Source: Vicinamibacterales bacterium (GTDB lineage: Bacteria > Acidobacteriota > Vicinamibacteria > Vicinamibacterales > JAMQPK01). Taken from it: a DNA stretch of 64,000 nucleotides. Below, one piece after another: positions 1-9,312 of the stretch. The stretch covers positions 31,762-95,761 of the forward strand of contig CAWGSZ010000002.1 in the NCBI GenBank assembly GCA_963825295.1, in the 5' to 3' direction. Both the position numbers and the translations under genes were made by a program. Position 1 is the first letter of the stretch, and every line of letters begins with the position of its first letter. The notes below the pieces were generated by a model. It saw only the letters and a list, made by a program, of their open reading frames with translations. It searched no databases and had not been told where the DNA came from.

Positions 1-480
1 GCCATCATGGTGAACATCGGCTATCTGCCGCCCGCGGAAGAGCAGAAGCTGGTCAACTTCGATTTCAAGCAGGTGCGTCTCAACTCGCTGATGTCGAAAG
101 AGCGCATCGTGCAGCTGCGCGGCGTGATCACGCGCGAAGTCTTCCTGCACGAGAAGCTCGGCAAGTACATCCGAAGGCTCGTCGGGGCCACGCGGCCGTA
201 CAACGAGGATACCGACTGGAGGTTCCACTCTCCGTCGGAGCTGGTCGAGCAGCACGTCGACCTCGGCGCGTCGCCGCGCGCCACGATCGCGTGGGGCCGC
301 CTCGTCAAGGTGTGGACGGTGCTGGTCCGGAAGCGCGACGACGTGTATCCCGAAGACGTGCAGGATCTGGCGAAGTACATCCTGGCGCACCGGATCTGGC
401 TGGGCCCGCACGCGACCAGCCACGGCATCACGCCCGAACAGGTGATCGACGACATCATCGGAAAGGTGCCGATTCCGTGA
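1..480 (+). CDS. MoxR-family AAA+ ATPase, C-terminal fragment (start lies upstream of the window)
   Basis: The frame is open to base 1. The tail ...VDLGASPRATIAWGRL...AKYILAHRIWL resembles the MoxR lid region. Its TGA stop at 478-480 overlaps the GTG of a DUF58 gene, the usual MoxR partner. Confidence 0.8.
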   Translation, partial: AIMVNIGYLPPAEEQKLVNFDFKQVRLNSLMSKERIVQLRGVITREVFLHEKLGKYIRRLVGATRPYNEDTDWRFHSPSELVEQHVDLGASPRATIAWGRLVKVWTVLVRKRDDVYPEDVQDLAKYILAHRIWLGPHATSHGITPEQVIDDIIGKVPIP

Positions 481-1388
481 GTACCGAAGTTCCCGATCTT
501 GTTGATTTCGCCGACATCAGCGAGATCGAGCTTCGTGTGATCAAGCGGATGAAGGAATACACGCTGGGCGATCACGGCAGCGTGTTTCACGGGACCGGTG
601 TCGACTTCGTGGGACTGCGCGACTGGCAGGCGGGCGATCGGCTGTCGTCGATCGACTGGCCGCAGTCGTCGCTCACCAACTTCAATCCGCTGATCGTCCG
701 CGAGTACGAGCAGCCCGGCACCGCGCCGATTGTCGTCGTCGCCGATGCGTCGCCCTCGACACGGTGCGGCACGGGCGGCACGCCGATCGCGGCCGGCGTG
801 GCCCGGGCGATGGCAACCATCGGGCTGTCGGCGGTGTACTTCCAGGACATGTTCGGCATCATCACGTTCGACAAGGGCTTCGCCAGCATGGCGTCCATCC
901 GGCCGCGGGTCGGCCGCGGCCACGTCATCCATTGCCTCGACGCGTATCAGGGGCGCGTCGGCATGGAAGAGGTGAAGACGGGGCTCCGGCTCGCGACGAC
1001 GATCGGCGGGCATTTGCGGCGGGCGACGTTGTTGCCGGTGATCTCGGATTTCCTGTTCGAGGATGCCGCCGAGCGCATCAAGGAAATTGCCGAGCTCAAC
1101 TCGGTGCACGATGTGTTTCTCGTGATGATCGACAGCGCGTTTGCGTTCGCCCTGCCGGATGTCTCGGCGGGATGGGTGAGCGCGTTCGACGTCGAGACGG
1201 GCGAGACGCGCCTGATGTCGAGGCGCGAGCTGCGGCATCTGTCGGACCGCGTGCGCGCATGGCAGGACGATCTCGAGCGCCAGGCGCACGATCGCGGCAT
1301 CGACGTGCTGCGGCTGGGGGTCGATCAGGAGAAGAGCCTGCCCGCGCTTCTGGAATTCGTGATGGTCAGGCGGTTGAGAAAAGCATGA
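477..1388 (+). CDS. DUF58 domain protein (MoxR-associated)
   Basis: This is the 3' part of ORF 291..1388. GTG 477 overlaps the moxR stop (GTGA). The motif GVDFVGLRDWQAGDRLSSIDW is DUF58-like. The part of the ORF before 477 overlaps moxR and reads as Arg-rich out-of-frame sequence. Confidence 0.75.
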   Translation: MSTEVPDLVDFADISEIELRVIKRMKEYTLGDHGSVFHGTGVDFVGLRDWQAGDRLSSIDWPQSSLTNFNPLIVREYEQPGTAPIVVVADASPSTRCGTGGTPIAAGVARAMATIGLSAVYFQDMFGIITFDKGFASMASIRPRVGRGHVIHCLDAYQGRVGMEEVKTGLRLATTIGGHLRRATLLPVISDFLFEDAAERIKEIAELNSVHDVFLVMIDSAFAFALPDVSAGWVSAFDVETGETRLMSRRELRHLSDRVRAWQDDLERQAHDRGIDVLRLGVDQEKSLPALLEFVMVRRLRKA

Positions 1389-2763
1389 TGAGACCAGGGA
1401 TTAGGGCAGGGATTAGGGATCGGGGATTAGGGATTGGGGCAGCGACGGGTGTCACGCTGATGCTCGCCGTGTTGGCGCCGCGCTCGGTGTCCGCGCAGAC
1501 CCCCGCGAATCTGCCTTCGCCGCGCCGCGGCTCCGGTGGCGACCGACGAACCCCACGAACCCGACGAACCCCACGAACCCTACGAACCCCACAAAGTCGT
1601 CCGACGTATCTGTTCCCCCGATCGAGTGCTGGTGGAAGACCGATCGCAGCGCGGTGAGCGTCGGCGAGCACTTCCAACTGACCCTGACGTGCGCGGTGCT
1701 CGCGACCGATCGGGTGTCGGTGGTGGTGGACGAGTCGAGCCTCGAACCGTCGGCGCTGCATTTGACGCCGTTCGAGATCATCGGCGGCCAGCGGTTTCGC
1801 GAGATCCTGAACGCGCCGCGGAAGTTCTTCCAGTACCAGTACACGATGCGCGTCCTCGGCGAGGAGTTCTTCGGCAAGGAAGTTCCGCTGCCGCGTCTGC
1901 AGATTACTTACAAGGTGCAGAACTCGCTGCAGGGCGGGGCGGCGCTCCAGGGCCGCGAGGCGCAGTATTCGCTCGTGCCGGTGCCCATCCGGGTGCTGTC
2001 GCTCGTTCCTCCAGGCGCCGTGGACATCCGCGATACCCCGAGCGACACGTTCGGCGACGTCGAGACGCGCCTCTTCCGATCGAACATCTTCCTTATTGTT
2101 GCCGCCGTGGCGTTTCTCGCCGCCGGCCTGATGGTGGTGATGCTCCTGGCGCGCGCGGCCGTCAGGCGGCGTGCGTTGACGGCGGCGCGCCATCGAACGG
2201 TCTCGTCGATGACCGTGCTCGGCGCGGCCATCCGCGAGCTCGCGATCGTGCGGGCGGAGAGCTCGCGCGCCGGTTGGACGGGCGAGCTGGCCGGGCGGGC
2301 GGCAGCGGCCGTGCGGCTGGCCGGGGCCGTCGCGTTGTCGCGTCCGGTGAGTCACAAGGAAGTGGATCGTCAAACGTCGCCCAGTGAAGGTCAGGTGGTT
2401 GCACCAGCCGGGCTCGCCACCCTGCGAGGGAAAGCCACGATGCTGTCGGCGGCCGTGACGCCTGAATCCTCTGTATCGAACGGCGATCCCCGCCCCGAAG
2501 GGCGTGGCGCCGAGTTGTGGCGATCGCTCAGCCAGTCGCTGGGTGTCTTCACGGCCGCAAGGTACACGCGCCCCTCGGCCAGCTCGGGGCGCCCCGATGC
2601 TGTTGAGGGGCGTAACGGCACGCTCGATCAGGCGGCGCTCGACTCGGCGCTGGCCGAAAGCCAGGACGCCGTGAAGCGGCTGCGTGTCCGACAGGTCCTT
2701 CGATTCGGCCGCAGGAAGCCGCACGCCGAAACCGCAGGCGCCCGACCAACATGGGCACGCTGA
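1385..2763 (+). CDS. BatD-like secreted/membrane protein, apparent frameshift between signal peptide and body
   Basis: ATG 1385 (ATGA overlap with the DUF58 stop) gives the signal peptide MMRPGIRAGIRDRGLGIGAATGVTLMLAVLAPRSVSAQ in frame 2. The body (PIECWWKTDRSAVSVGEHFQLTLTC..., ORF 1654..2763, one C-terminal TM helix) is in frame 1. Frame 1 has no start codon after its last stop at 1414-1416. The shift must lie between 1417 and 1657. The BatD assignment rests on position in the operon and architecture only. Confidence 0.5.
1397..1439 (+). repeat. GGGATTA-family tandem array with seven G-tracts (G-quadruplex motif)
   Basis: Read directly: GGG atta GGG ca GGG atta GGG atc GGGG atta GGG att GGGG. 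It lies in codons 5-18 of the downstream gene. Confidence 0.9.
1544..1588 (+). repeat. 9-bp tandem array NNACGAACC, 5 copies
   Basis: Read directly: cgacgaacc ccacgaacc cgacgaacc ccacgaacc ctacgaacc. It reads PTNPTNPTNPTNPT in the frame of the protein body. The same unit family occurs at 48876-48962. Confidence 0.9.
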
Positions 2764-3848
2764 ACGCGCTCATCGAGCTCGTCGTGCAGACGCTGGGCGA
2801 GTGGCGGGACTCGGGCATCGCGGATCTCGTCTTCCCGTCGAAGAACGCGGCGCTTCTCGCGACGGTGCTGCTGGGCCTGATGGCGGCGATTCTGGTCGTC
2901 TGGCGTTCGCTGCGGGGCCGGCTGGCCGGCCGCACGGCGATCACGCTGCCGGCGGTGCTGCCGCGCATTCGACGCTCGCCGCTGGCGTTCGTGCGGCAGG
3001 CCCCGTTCCTGCTGTTTCTCGCGGGCCTTCCGTTCTTCGGCCTCGCGCTGGCCGATCCGCACTCCACCTTGTCGGCCAAGCAGGTGTCGTATCCGGGACG
3101 CCGCATCGCCGTCATCATGGACGCCTCGCTCAGCATGCTGTCGCCGTTCAGCGGCCAGCAGCTGAAGACGCAGAGCGACACGGCCTTCTCGAACACGATG
3201 GCGGCGGCGGAGTATTTCATCCGCGTCCGCATGAAGGGGCACTACCGCGATCTGATCGCGCTCGAGCAGTTCGGGAACGAGGCGTACGTCATCACGCCGT
3301 TCACGACCGACTACGACAACCTGCTCTTGAGCCTCAAGATGATCAGCGACGTCAACGAGTGGCAGCGCTTTCCCGATCAGGGGACGATCATCATGAAGGC
3401 GATCGACGAGGGGGTCGACCTCTTCAACGCCTTCAACTTTCTCGAATCGTCGGGCAACATCATGGTGATCTTCAGCGACGGCCAGGACAACAACGTGCAG
3501 ATCGGCACGATGTCGCTGGAGCAGGTGCTGAAGAAGGCAGTGGACAACAAGGTGCCCGTCTACATGATTCGCACCGCCTACGCGCGCGGGCTGTTCGACG
3601 TCGTCCCCGATCAGGTGTGGAAGAAGGCGATCGACGCCACCGGCGGGCGGTTCTACCCGGCGGCGAGCCAGGAAACCATCATGCAGGCGATCAAGGAGAT
3701 CGACGCGGCCGCGACCGGCCGCGTGAACGTGCGCGAGTACGCCGTCAAGCAGCCGCGGTACCAGAAGTTCGCGCTGGCCGCGGTGGCGCTGTGGACGCTC
3801 GCGCTGGGGCTGCAAATGAGTCTGCGGGTGTTCAGGACGTTTCCCTGA
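2751..3848 (+). CDS. VWA domain-containing membrane protein (BatA-like)
   Basis: ORF 2751..3848. It has N-terminal TM helices followed by RRIAVIMDASLSM (a VWA MIDAS-like DxSxS motif). It overlaps the upstream gene end by 13 nt. Confidence 0.8.
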   Translation: MGTLNALIELVVQTLGEWRDSGIADLVFPSKNAALLATVLLGLMAAILVVWRSLRGRLAGRTAITLPAVLPRIRRSPLAFVRQAPFLLFLAGLPFFGLALADPHSTLSAKQVSYPGRRIAVIMDASLSMLSPFSGQQLKTQSDTAFSNTMAAAEYFIRVRMKGHYRDLIALEQFGNEAYVITPFTTDYDNLLLSLKMISDVNEWQRFPDQGTIIMKAIDEGVDLFNAFNFLESSGNIMVIFSDGQDNNVQIGTMSLEQVLKKAVDNKVPVYMIRTAYARGLFDVVPDQVWKKAIDATGGRFYPAASQETIMQAIKEIDAAATGRVNVREYAVKQPRYQKFALAAVALWTLALGLQMSLRVFRTFP

Positions 3849-3871
3849 GCACGCGCGTAACAGGAGCCAAC

Positions 3872-4579
3872 ATGCGGCGCTCAATTCCAATTTTCGTCGT
3901 TGCCATCGTGTTCGCCCTGCTGGGCGGCGTCCTGCTGTCGGCGGGACTGTTCGAGCGCAGGATGGCCATTGCCCAGGAAGACATGGCGGTCCTCGACTTC
4001 ACCGATCCCGCGATTGAATACGCGAAGCTCGAGGAGGAGATTGCGGGGGTGCCCCTGGTCTCGGAAAGCGCGCTCAAGGACATTCACCGCCGGCGCGCCA
4101 CGCTTCAGTACTGGCAAAAAGACTATGCGGACCTCATCGAGGTGGCCCGCCAGGCGGCGACCACCGACGACGCCGCCTCGATCGATCCGGAGATGCGCGT
4201 GCTGGCGGCAAACGCCCTGTATCGCGTGGCGCAGCGCGGACCGCAGGATCGCGTGACGCTCCTCAGGAATCTCGACGCGGCGGTTCGCGCCTACAACGAG
4301 GCGCTGCGCGCGGGTGTCGAGCGGCAGGACGTCGCGTTCAACTACGAGCTGGCCGTGCGGATGCGCGAAGAGGTGGGCGCCGGCAAGCGGAAGGCGCTCC
4401 AGAACATGAAGGCGGAAGACGTCGAGAGCGATCCGAACATGCACGGCGATCCCGGCGAGCCGCCGAAGGATCTGAAGGTGGAGCAGTTCCAGATTCGGAT
4501 TCCGATGGATCCGAAGGAAATCAAGCAGAGCCAGGAACAGGCCGCCGGAACCGGCGCTGCCCGCCGGAAACGCGGCTGA
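3872..4579 (+). CDS. Membrane-anchored hypothetical protein in the BatC position of the operon
   Basis: ATG 3872 is preceded by AGGAG at 3862-3866. The product starts MRRSIPIFVVAIVFALLGGVLLSAG, followed by a helical acidic/basic region. This is the tail of ORF 2684..4579, whose upstream part overlaps the VWA gene out of frame. Confidence 0.6.
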   Translation: MRRSIPIFVVAIVFALLGGVLLSAGLFERRMAIAQEDMAVLDFTDPAIEYAKLEEEIAGVPLVSESALKDIHRRRATLQYWQKDYADLIEVARQAATTDDAASIDPEMRVLAANALYRVAQRGPQDRVTLLRNLDAAVRAYNEALRAGVERQDVAFNYELAVRMREEVGAGKRKALQNMKAEDVESDPNMHGDPGEPPKDLKVEQFQIRIPMDPKEIKQSQEQAAGTGAARRKRG

Positions 4580-4582
4580 TCA

Positions 4583-4612
4583 GGGATTAGGGACTGGGGA
4601 TTAGGGATTAGG
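4583..4612 (+). repeat. GGGATTA-family array (G-quadruplex motif) filling the spacer before the next start codon
   Basis: Read directly: GGG atta GGG act GGGG atta GGG atta GG. It ends 2 nt before GTG 4615. Confidence 0.9.
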
Positions 4613-4614
4613 AC

Positions 4615-5724
4615 GTGCTCGACCGATTGATTGATTTCCAGTCGTTGCGGTTCGGCGAGCCGCTCTACTTGTGGCTGCTGGCGTTCCCTGCCCTGCTGTT
4701 CGTCCTGTGGTGCTGGCACGTCATCCGCCGCAGGGGCGACGCGCGGAGGTACCGGGCGGCGCGGCTGATTCCGGTGCGCGAGCGATTCGCGCCGGTCGGC
4801 GAGCTGGCGTTCTGGCTCGCCCTCATTGCGGCGTTGTCGCTCACCATCCTCGCGATCTCGAGACCCCAGGGCATCACCGCGATCGTCCGCAGTCCCGGCG
4901 TCGACATCGTGCTCCTCCTGGACGGCTCGACGTCGATGCGCGTGCGCGACATGGGGACCGATCGCTGGCAGCGCGGGATGCAGTGGGTGCGCACGTTCAC
5001 CAAGACGCTCAGCTGGACCGGCGATCGCATGGCGCTGGCGACGTTCGCCGACATCGCGGTGCCGCAGGTGCGGCTGACGCGCGATCCCAACACGATCCTG
5101 TTCTTTCTCGATCACCTGGACGACGCCCCGACGTTCCGGCTGGAGAACGAGACGAGCTGGAACACGAACGTGGAAGACGCGATCTACTGGGGCGTCAAGC
5201 TCGTCGACACCGACATAGAGATGTACGGTCCGAGCAAGAACGCGCGCACCTTCGTCGTCATCTCCGACGGCCAGGTCTGGAGCGGCATCGTGCAGCGGGC
5301 CATCAACGAGGCCGCCAAGCGCGGCATCGCCGTGGACGTCATCGGCATCGGCACCACGAACGGCGGCATGATTCCGCTGCCGCGCGACGACAAGGGCATC
5401 GCGCTGGCGGGCTTCGAGCCGATTCGATCGACCATCGACCGGACCTCGCTGCGCGAGATCGCGCGGGCCGGCAACGGCGAGTATTTCGAGATCGGCACGG
5501 CGCCAGACGAGCAGATCGCTGCGCGCATCATCCAGAACGCGGCACGCCGCTCGGGCAACCAGCTGGTGGACGAATCGCTCGACGAGCTCTATTGGTACCT
5601 GCTCGCCGCCGCCGCCGTCTGCCTCGGGCTGGGCGTCCTCTTCGTGAAGCAGAAGCTGCAGCTCGGCTTCGGCCTCGCCGCCGCACTTCTGTTGCTCGTC
5701 CTCATCTCCGGCCTGCGGTCCTAA
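4615..5724 (+). CDS. VWA domain-containing membrane protein (BatB-like)
   Basis: ORF 4615..5724 with a GTG start. It has N-terminal TM helices, then DIVLLLDGSTSM (MIDAS motif) and a C-terminal TM helix. Confidence 0.8.
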   Translation: MLDRLIDFQSLRFGEPLYLWLLAFPALLFVLWCWHVIRRRGDARRYRAARLIPVRERFAPVGELAFWLALIAALSLTILAISRPQGITAIVRSPGVDIVLLLDGSTSMRVRDMGTDRWQRGMQWVRTFTKTLSWTGDRMALATFADIAVPQVRLTRDPNTILFFLDHLDDAPTFRLENETSWNTNVEDAIYWGVKLVDTDIEMYGPSKNARTFVVISDGQVWSGIVQRAINEAAKRGIAVDVIGIGTTNGGMIPLPRDDKGIALAGFEPIRSTIDRTSLREIARAGNGEYFEIGTAPDEQIAARIIQNAARRSGNQLVDESLDELYWYLLAAAAVCLGLGVLFVKQKLQLGFGLAAALLLLVLISGLRS

Positions 5725-5736
5725 GCCCCGTTAAAC

Positions 5737-5768
5737 AGGAGACTAGGAGATTAGGAGATAAGGATCTG
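5737..5768 (+). repeat. 8-bp tandem array AGGAGATT, 4 copies
   Basis: Read directly: aggagact aggagatt aggagata aggatctg. It lies 13 nt after the stop of the VWA gene. There are four GGA motifs in 32 nt. Confidence 0.9.
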
Positions 5769-6060
5769 TTTTCTCGACTCCTGCTCGCCGGCTTTTTGCT
5801 CGCACTTGGGCCTGCATCTGCCTTCCCATGAAGTGGAAGCGCTCTTGACACCCCTCAAGCTCACGATCGAAAAATGGCCGTCTTAACATTCGTCCGTGAG
5901 GCCGCCACGCGCCAACGCGGTGGCCGGATCCGTCTGCGTCGCGGCCGGAACTGACGCTGCACGAACACGGCCGCTTGCAGACGGATCCGTCCCCCGCATG
6001 GCGTGCGTGGAGCGGTTGTGTGTAGTTCGGCATCAGTTGCACCAGACAAGGAGTCGGCAT

Positions 6061-6314
6061 CCGGCAGTTGGGCTGGCGTTGCTGCAGCGCGAAGCCGTGC
6101 GCAGGCGGCCGACACGTTCAATGCCTGACCGCGCGAGAAGCCTGAGGGAACCGAGCGAGGATGAAAGGCGAAGTCAGTGTCCTCGCGCCACGCGGCCGCA
6201 GTCGGCCTCGCAGCGCGCGTCCGGCCCCGAAGCTTCGGATTCGGGCGGCAGTAATGCCAACCCAACTGCCGCCTGCCGAGGCTTGATCACTTCCGGCAGC
6301 CGTGTTGGCGTGGA
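6061..6314. repeat. Three copies of a ~20-nt motif CCGGCAG-N6-TGGCGT in alternating orientation (REP/BIME-like) within a non-coding region
   Basis: 6062-6080 cggcagttgggctggcgtt pairs with 6253-6271 aatgccaacccaactgccg. That gives 17 Watson-Crick pairs, 1 GU and 1 mismatch over 19 positions. A degenerate third copy lies at 6293-6314. Confidence 0.6.
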
Positions 6315-6329
6315 AGGATGTAGCTGACG

Positions 6330-7911
6330 CTACTTCAGCGCCGGCGTGGATGCGGGCGGGCGGCGGTGATGCGTGGCCTGCTCGTACCAGATACGCCAGC
6401 TTGATCAACGTCACCTCGTCCCAGGCCTTGCCGAAGAACGTGATGCCCGCCGGCAGCGTGCCATTGCGCGTGTAGCCCATCGGCACCTGGATGGCGGGGA
6501 AGCCGGTGGTGGGTGAGAACACCTGGCTATTGTCGCCGTGCGGCGTGTTCAGATCGCCGATGAGCCGCGGCGGATTGCTCCAGGTCGGATACACGAACGC
6601 ATCGAGCCGCTCGGCCTCCATCGTCTTCATGACGGCCGCACGAAACGCCTCGCGGTAGTCCGCCTCGGCCTTGCACGCCGGTGTTTCGGGGCCGTTCTCG
6701 GCGCCTTCCTGCGCGCGCTGCAGCCGCAGCTCGACAGAAGGATGAAAGCTCCGGCTCTTGATGATCTCTTCCACCGAATGCACCGGCACGCGATCGCCCT
6801 GCGCCGCCAGATAGCGATTCATGTCGTACTTGAAGCCGCCGCAGGCGGGACCGCCGGCCATGCGCTGCACGTGGGTCAGATCGACGGCGGCGGGATCGAC
6901 GATCGTCGCGCCGGCCCGCTTCATCGTCTCGATCGCCGCCATGAACACCGAGACGATTTCCGAATCGGTCGTTTCGCGCTCGTACGCCTGCCGGAGGATG
7001 CCGATGCGCGCGCCCTTCAACGCGTCACGGACGAGCGCCGCCCGGTAGTCGGGCAGCATCGCCGGACGGCCGCCGGGACGAAGCCCCGGCTGCACGTACT
7101 CGCGTGCGAGCGTCACGGGGTCGTTCGGATCTTCGCCGGCAATGACCTGGAACACGGCGACGGCATCTTCGACCGTGCGTGTGATCGGACCCGCGATGTC
7201 GGCGAGCAGGTTCAGCGGCGCCACCCCCGCCCGGCTCGTCAGCCCCATCGTCGAGCGGATGCCCACCAGGCTCTGGTGCGAGGACGGGCCGCGAATCGAG
7301 TTGCCCGTGTCGCTGCCGAGACCCACCGCGCCGAAGTTCGCCGCCACGGCAGCCGCCGTTCCGCCGCTCGAGCCCGCGGTGACGCGATCGAGGGCGTATG
7401 GATTCTTCGTGTAGCCGGGGAGGATCGAGCTGATCGTTTCGTATGGCGTAAAGGCGAACTCCGCCATGTTCGACTTCGCGAGCACGATCGCGCCGGCACG
7501 CCTGATGCGCTGCACCTGGAACGCGTCCGCGTTCGACACGAATCCCTTCAGCGACAGCGAGCCGTCGGCGCTCTGCAGCTCCATCGTCTCGAAATTGTCC
7601 TTGACGATCGCCGGCACGCAATGGAGCGGTCCAGCGGGGACGCCGGTCTTGTACCGGCGATCGAGATCGGCGGCCTGCTTGAGGGCGGCTGGATTCGAGA
7701 CGACGAGCGCGTTGAGGGCCGGTCCCTTCTTGTCGTACGCGTCGATGCGCCGCAGGTAGTGATCGACCAGCGCGTGGCAGGTAAGGCGGCCGGCCTTCAT
7801 CTCCGCGTGAATGCCGGCAATCGTGGCCTCTTCGATCGCAAATCGCTGTCCGCCCTGCGCCGCGGCCATCGCGGTTGCCAGTGCGATCAGCGGGAAGAGC
7901 AGCCTGTTCAC
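6330..7911 (-). CDS. Secreted amidase (amidase signature family), apparent frameshift near the 3' end
   Basis: ORF 6118..7911. It carries a signal peptide and the signature [33 protein letters not shown]. After ...LIKLAY (about 6385-6390) the listed frame becomes low-complexity. A 1-nt shift reads [18 protein letters not shown] and stops at 6330-6332. Confidence 0.8.
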
Positions 7912-9215
7912 ATGTGCCTGATCATGGCATCACCGAACTCCGAACACTTCACTTCCTTCGCGCCTTCCATCAGCCGCGCGAAGTCGTAGGTGACGGTCCT
8001 GGCCGCGATGGCGCCTTCCATCCCTTTGATAATGAGGTCCGCGGCTTCAGTCCAGCCCAGGTGGCGGAACATCATCTCTCCCGACAGCACGACCGAGCCC
8101 GGATTCACCTTGTCCTGGCCCGCGTACTTCGGCGCGGTGCCGTGCGTCGCTTCGAAAATGGCGTGGCCGGTCAGGGAATTGATGTTGCCGCCAGGCGCGA
8201 TGCCGATGCCGCCGACCTGCGCCGCGAGCGCGTCCGACAGGTAGTCGCCGTTCAGGTTCGGCGTGGCGATGACGTCGAACTCGTCCGGCCTCGTCAGCAC
8301 CTGCTGCAGCGTGATGTCGGCGATCGAGTCCTTGATGACGAGGCCTGCGCCGGGCCTGCCGTCCGGAATTCTGCACCAGGGTCCCGCGTCGATTTCGACG
8401 GCGCCGAAGAAGTCTTTCGCCACCTTGTAGCCCCAGTCGCGAAAGGCGCCTTCGGTGAACTTCATGATGTTGCCCTTGTGCACGAGCGTCACGTTCCTGC
8501 GCTTGTACTTGATCGCGTAGCTGATCGCGCTGTGCACCAGACGCTCGGTGCCGAGATAGCTGATCGGCTTGATGCCGACCCCCACCATCAGGCCGACGTC
8601 ACGCTTCGGCGCGCCGATCGACTCGAGCAACCCCTGCCACTCGCGGCTGGCTTCAACGGTGCCGAACCGGATCTTCTTGAACTCCTTCGGAAACTCCCGT
8701 GCGAGGAAATCGAGAATCTTCTGCGCTTCCGGCGATCCCCCGGCGTACTCGATGCCGGCGTAGATATCCTCGGTGTTCTCCCGGAAGATGACCATGTCCA
8801 CTTTTTCGGGGTGTTTCACGGGCGACGGAACCCCCGTGAACCACCGCACGGGCCGCAGGCAGACGAACAGGTCGAGCATCTGCCGCAGCGCGACGTTCAA
8901 CGAGCGGATGCCGCCGCCAACCGGTGTCGTGAGGGGCCCCTTGATGCCGACGAGGTAGGTGCGAAAGGCATCGAGCGTCTCGTCCGGCAGCCAGCTGTTC
9001 ACCTGCTTGAACGATTTCTCGCCGGCCAGGACTTCCTTCCACTGCACCTGCCGGCGCCCGCCGTACGCTTTTGACACAGCGGCGTCGAACACCCGCACGC
9101 TGGCGCGCCAGATGTCGGGGCCCGTGCCGTCGCCTTCAATGAACGGAATGACCGGATTGTCGGGAACCTGGAGTTGGAGGTTGCTGCTGATCGTAATTCG
9201 GCCGTCTTGCGTCAT
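7908..9215 (-). CDS. icd: NADP-dependent isocitrate dehydrogenase
   Basis: ORF 7908..9338, with the likely start at [11 protein letters not shown] (ATG 9215). Motifs include [45 protein letters not shown] and [12 protein letters not shown]. Its stop overlaps the amidase start. Confidence 0.9.
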   Translation of the reverse strand: MTQDGRITISSNLQLQVPDNPVIPFIEGDGTGPDIWRASVRVFDAAVSKAYGGRRQVQWKEVLAGEKSFKQVNSWLPDETLDAFRTYLVGIKGPLTTPVGGGIRSLNVALRQMLDLFVCLRPVRWFTGVPSPVKHPEKVDMVIFRENTEDIYAGIEYAGGSPEAQKILDFLAREFPKEFKKIRFGTVEASREWQGLLESIGAPKRDVGLMVGVGIKPISYLGTERLVHSAISYAIKYKRRNVTLVHKGNIMKFTEGAFRDWGYKVAKDFFGAVEIDAGPWCRIPDGRPGAGLVIKDSIADITLQQVLTRPDEFDVIATPNLNGDYLSDALAAQVGGIGIAPGGNINSLTGHAIFEATHGTAPKYAGQDKVNPGSVVLSGEMMFRHLGWTEAADLIIKGMEGAIAARTVTYDFARLMEGAKEVKCSEFGDAMIRHM

Positions 9216-9312
9216 ACGGGTGTCGTGTCCTCGTGAAGGAAACAGTCGAACGAAGCTGTTAATCCTATCACCTGAGAATTCCGCGAGATGCCGCCGCGGC
9301 TTTTTCAGGCCT

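Noticed and set aside
21-1289. Long antisense ORFs opposite real genes. Examples are 21..1289(-), 1366..2724(-), 6538..7989(+), 20290..22452(-, 720 aa), 26383..28566(-, 727 aa), 29077..30915(-), 42146..43831(-) and 53419..54738(-).
   Set aside because: Their translations are Arg/His/Ala/Pro-rich low-complexity sequence without any motif. The opposite strand encodes clearly recognisable proteins with G/C-rich third positions. These are the stop-poor shadow frames expected in GC-rich DNA.
1397-1439. A telomere of a linear replicon or an integrated telomeric sequence, since GGGATTA resembles TTAGGG-type repeats.
   Set aside because: The arrays are short, internal, embedded between or inside ordinary chromosomal genes, and occur at several loci in both orientations.
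5896-6327. ORF 5896..6327 (143 aa) and the overlapping minus-strand ORFs as real genes.
   Set aside because: They have no start context, an Arg/Ala/Ser-rich composition, and no third-position bias that is distinct from the other frames.
6118-6329. A C-terminal ~70-aa extension of the amidase ORF.
   Set aside because: It is low-complexity read-through after a frameshift. The shifted frame gives a conserved-looking ...[18 protein letters not shown] end with a stop at 6330-6332.
5725-6329. tmRNA, RNase P RNA, SRP RNA or 6S RNA in the long non-coding region.
   Set aside because: I looked for the hallmark strings: GGGG...tRNA-Ala-like 3' end with TCCACCA, GAGGAAAGTCCGGGC and ACAGAACCCGGCTTA, and the SRP GGAA/AGCA motif. 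None was found on either strand. 6S cannot be excluded by eye, so the region is kept as an open finding only.
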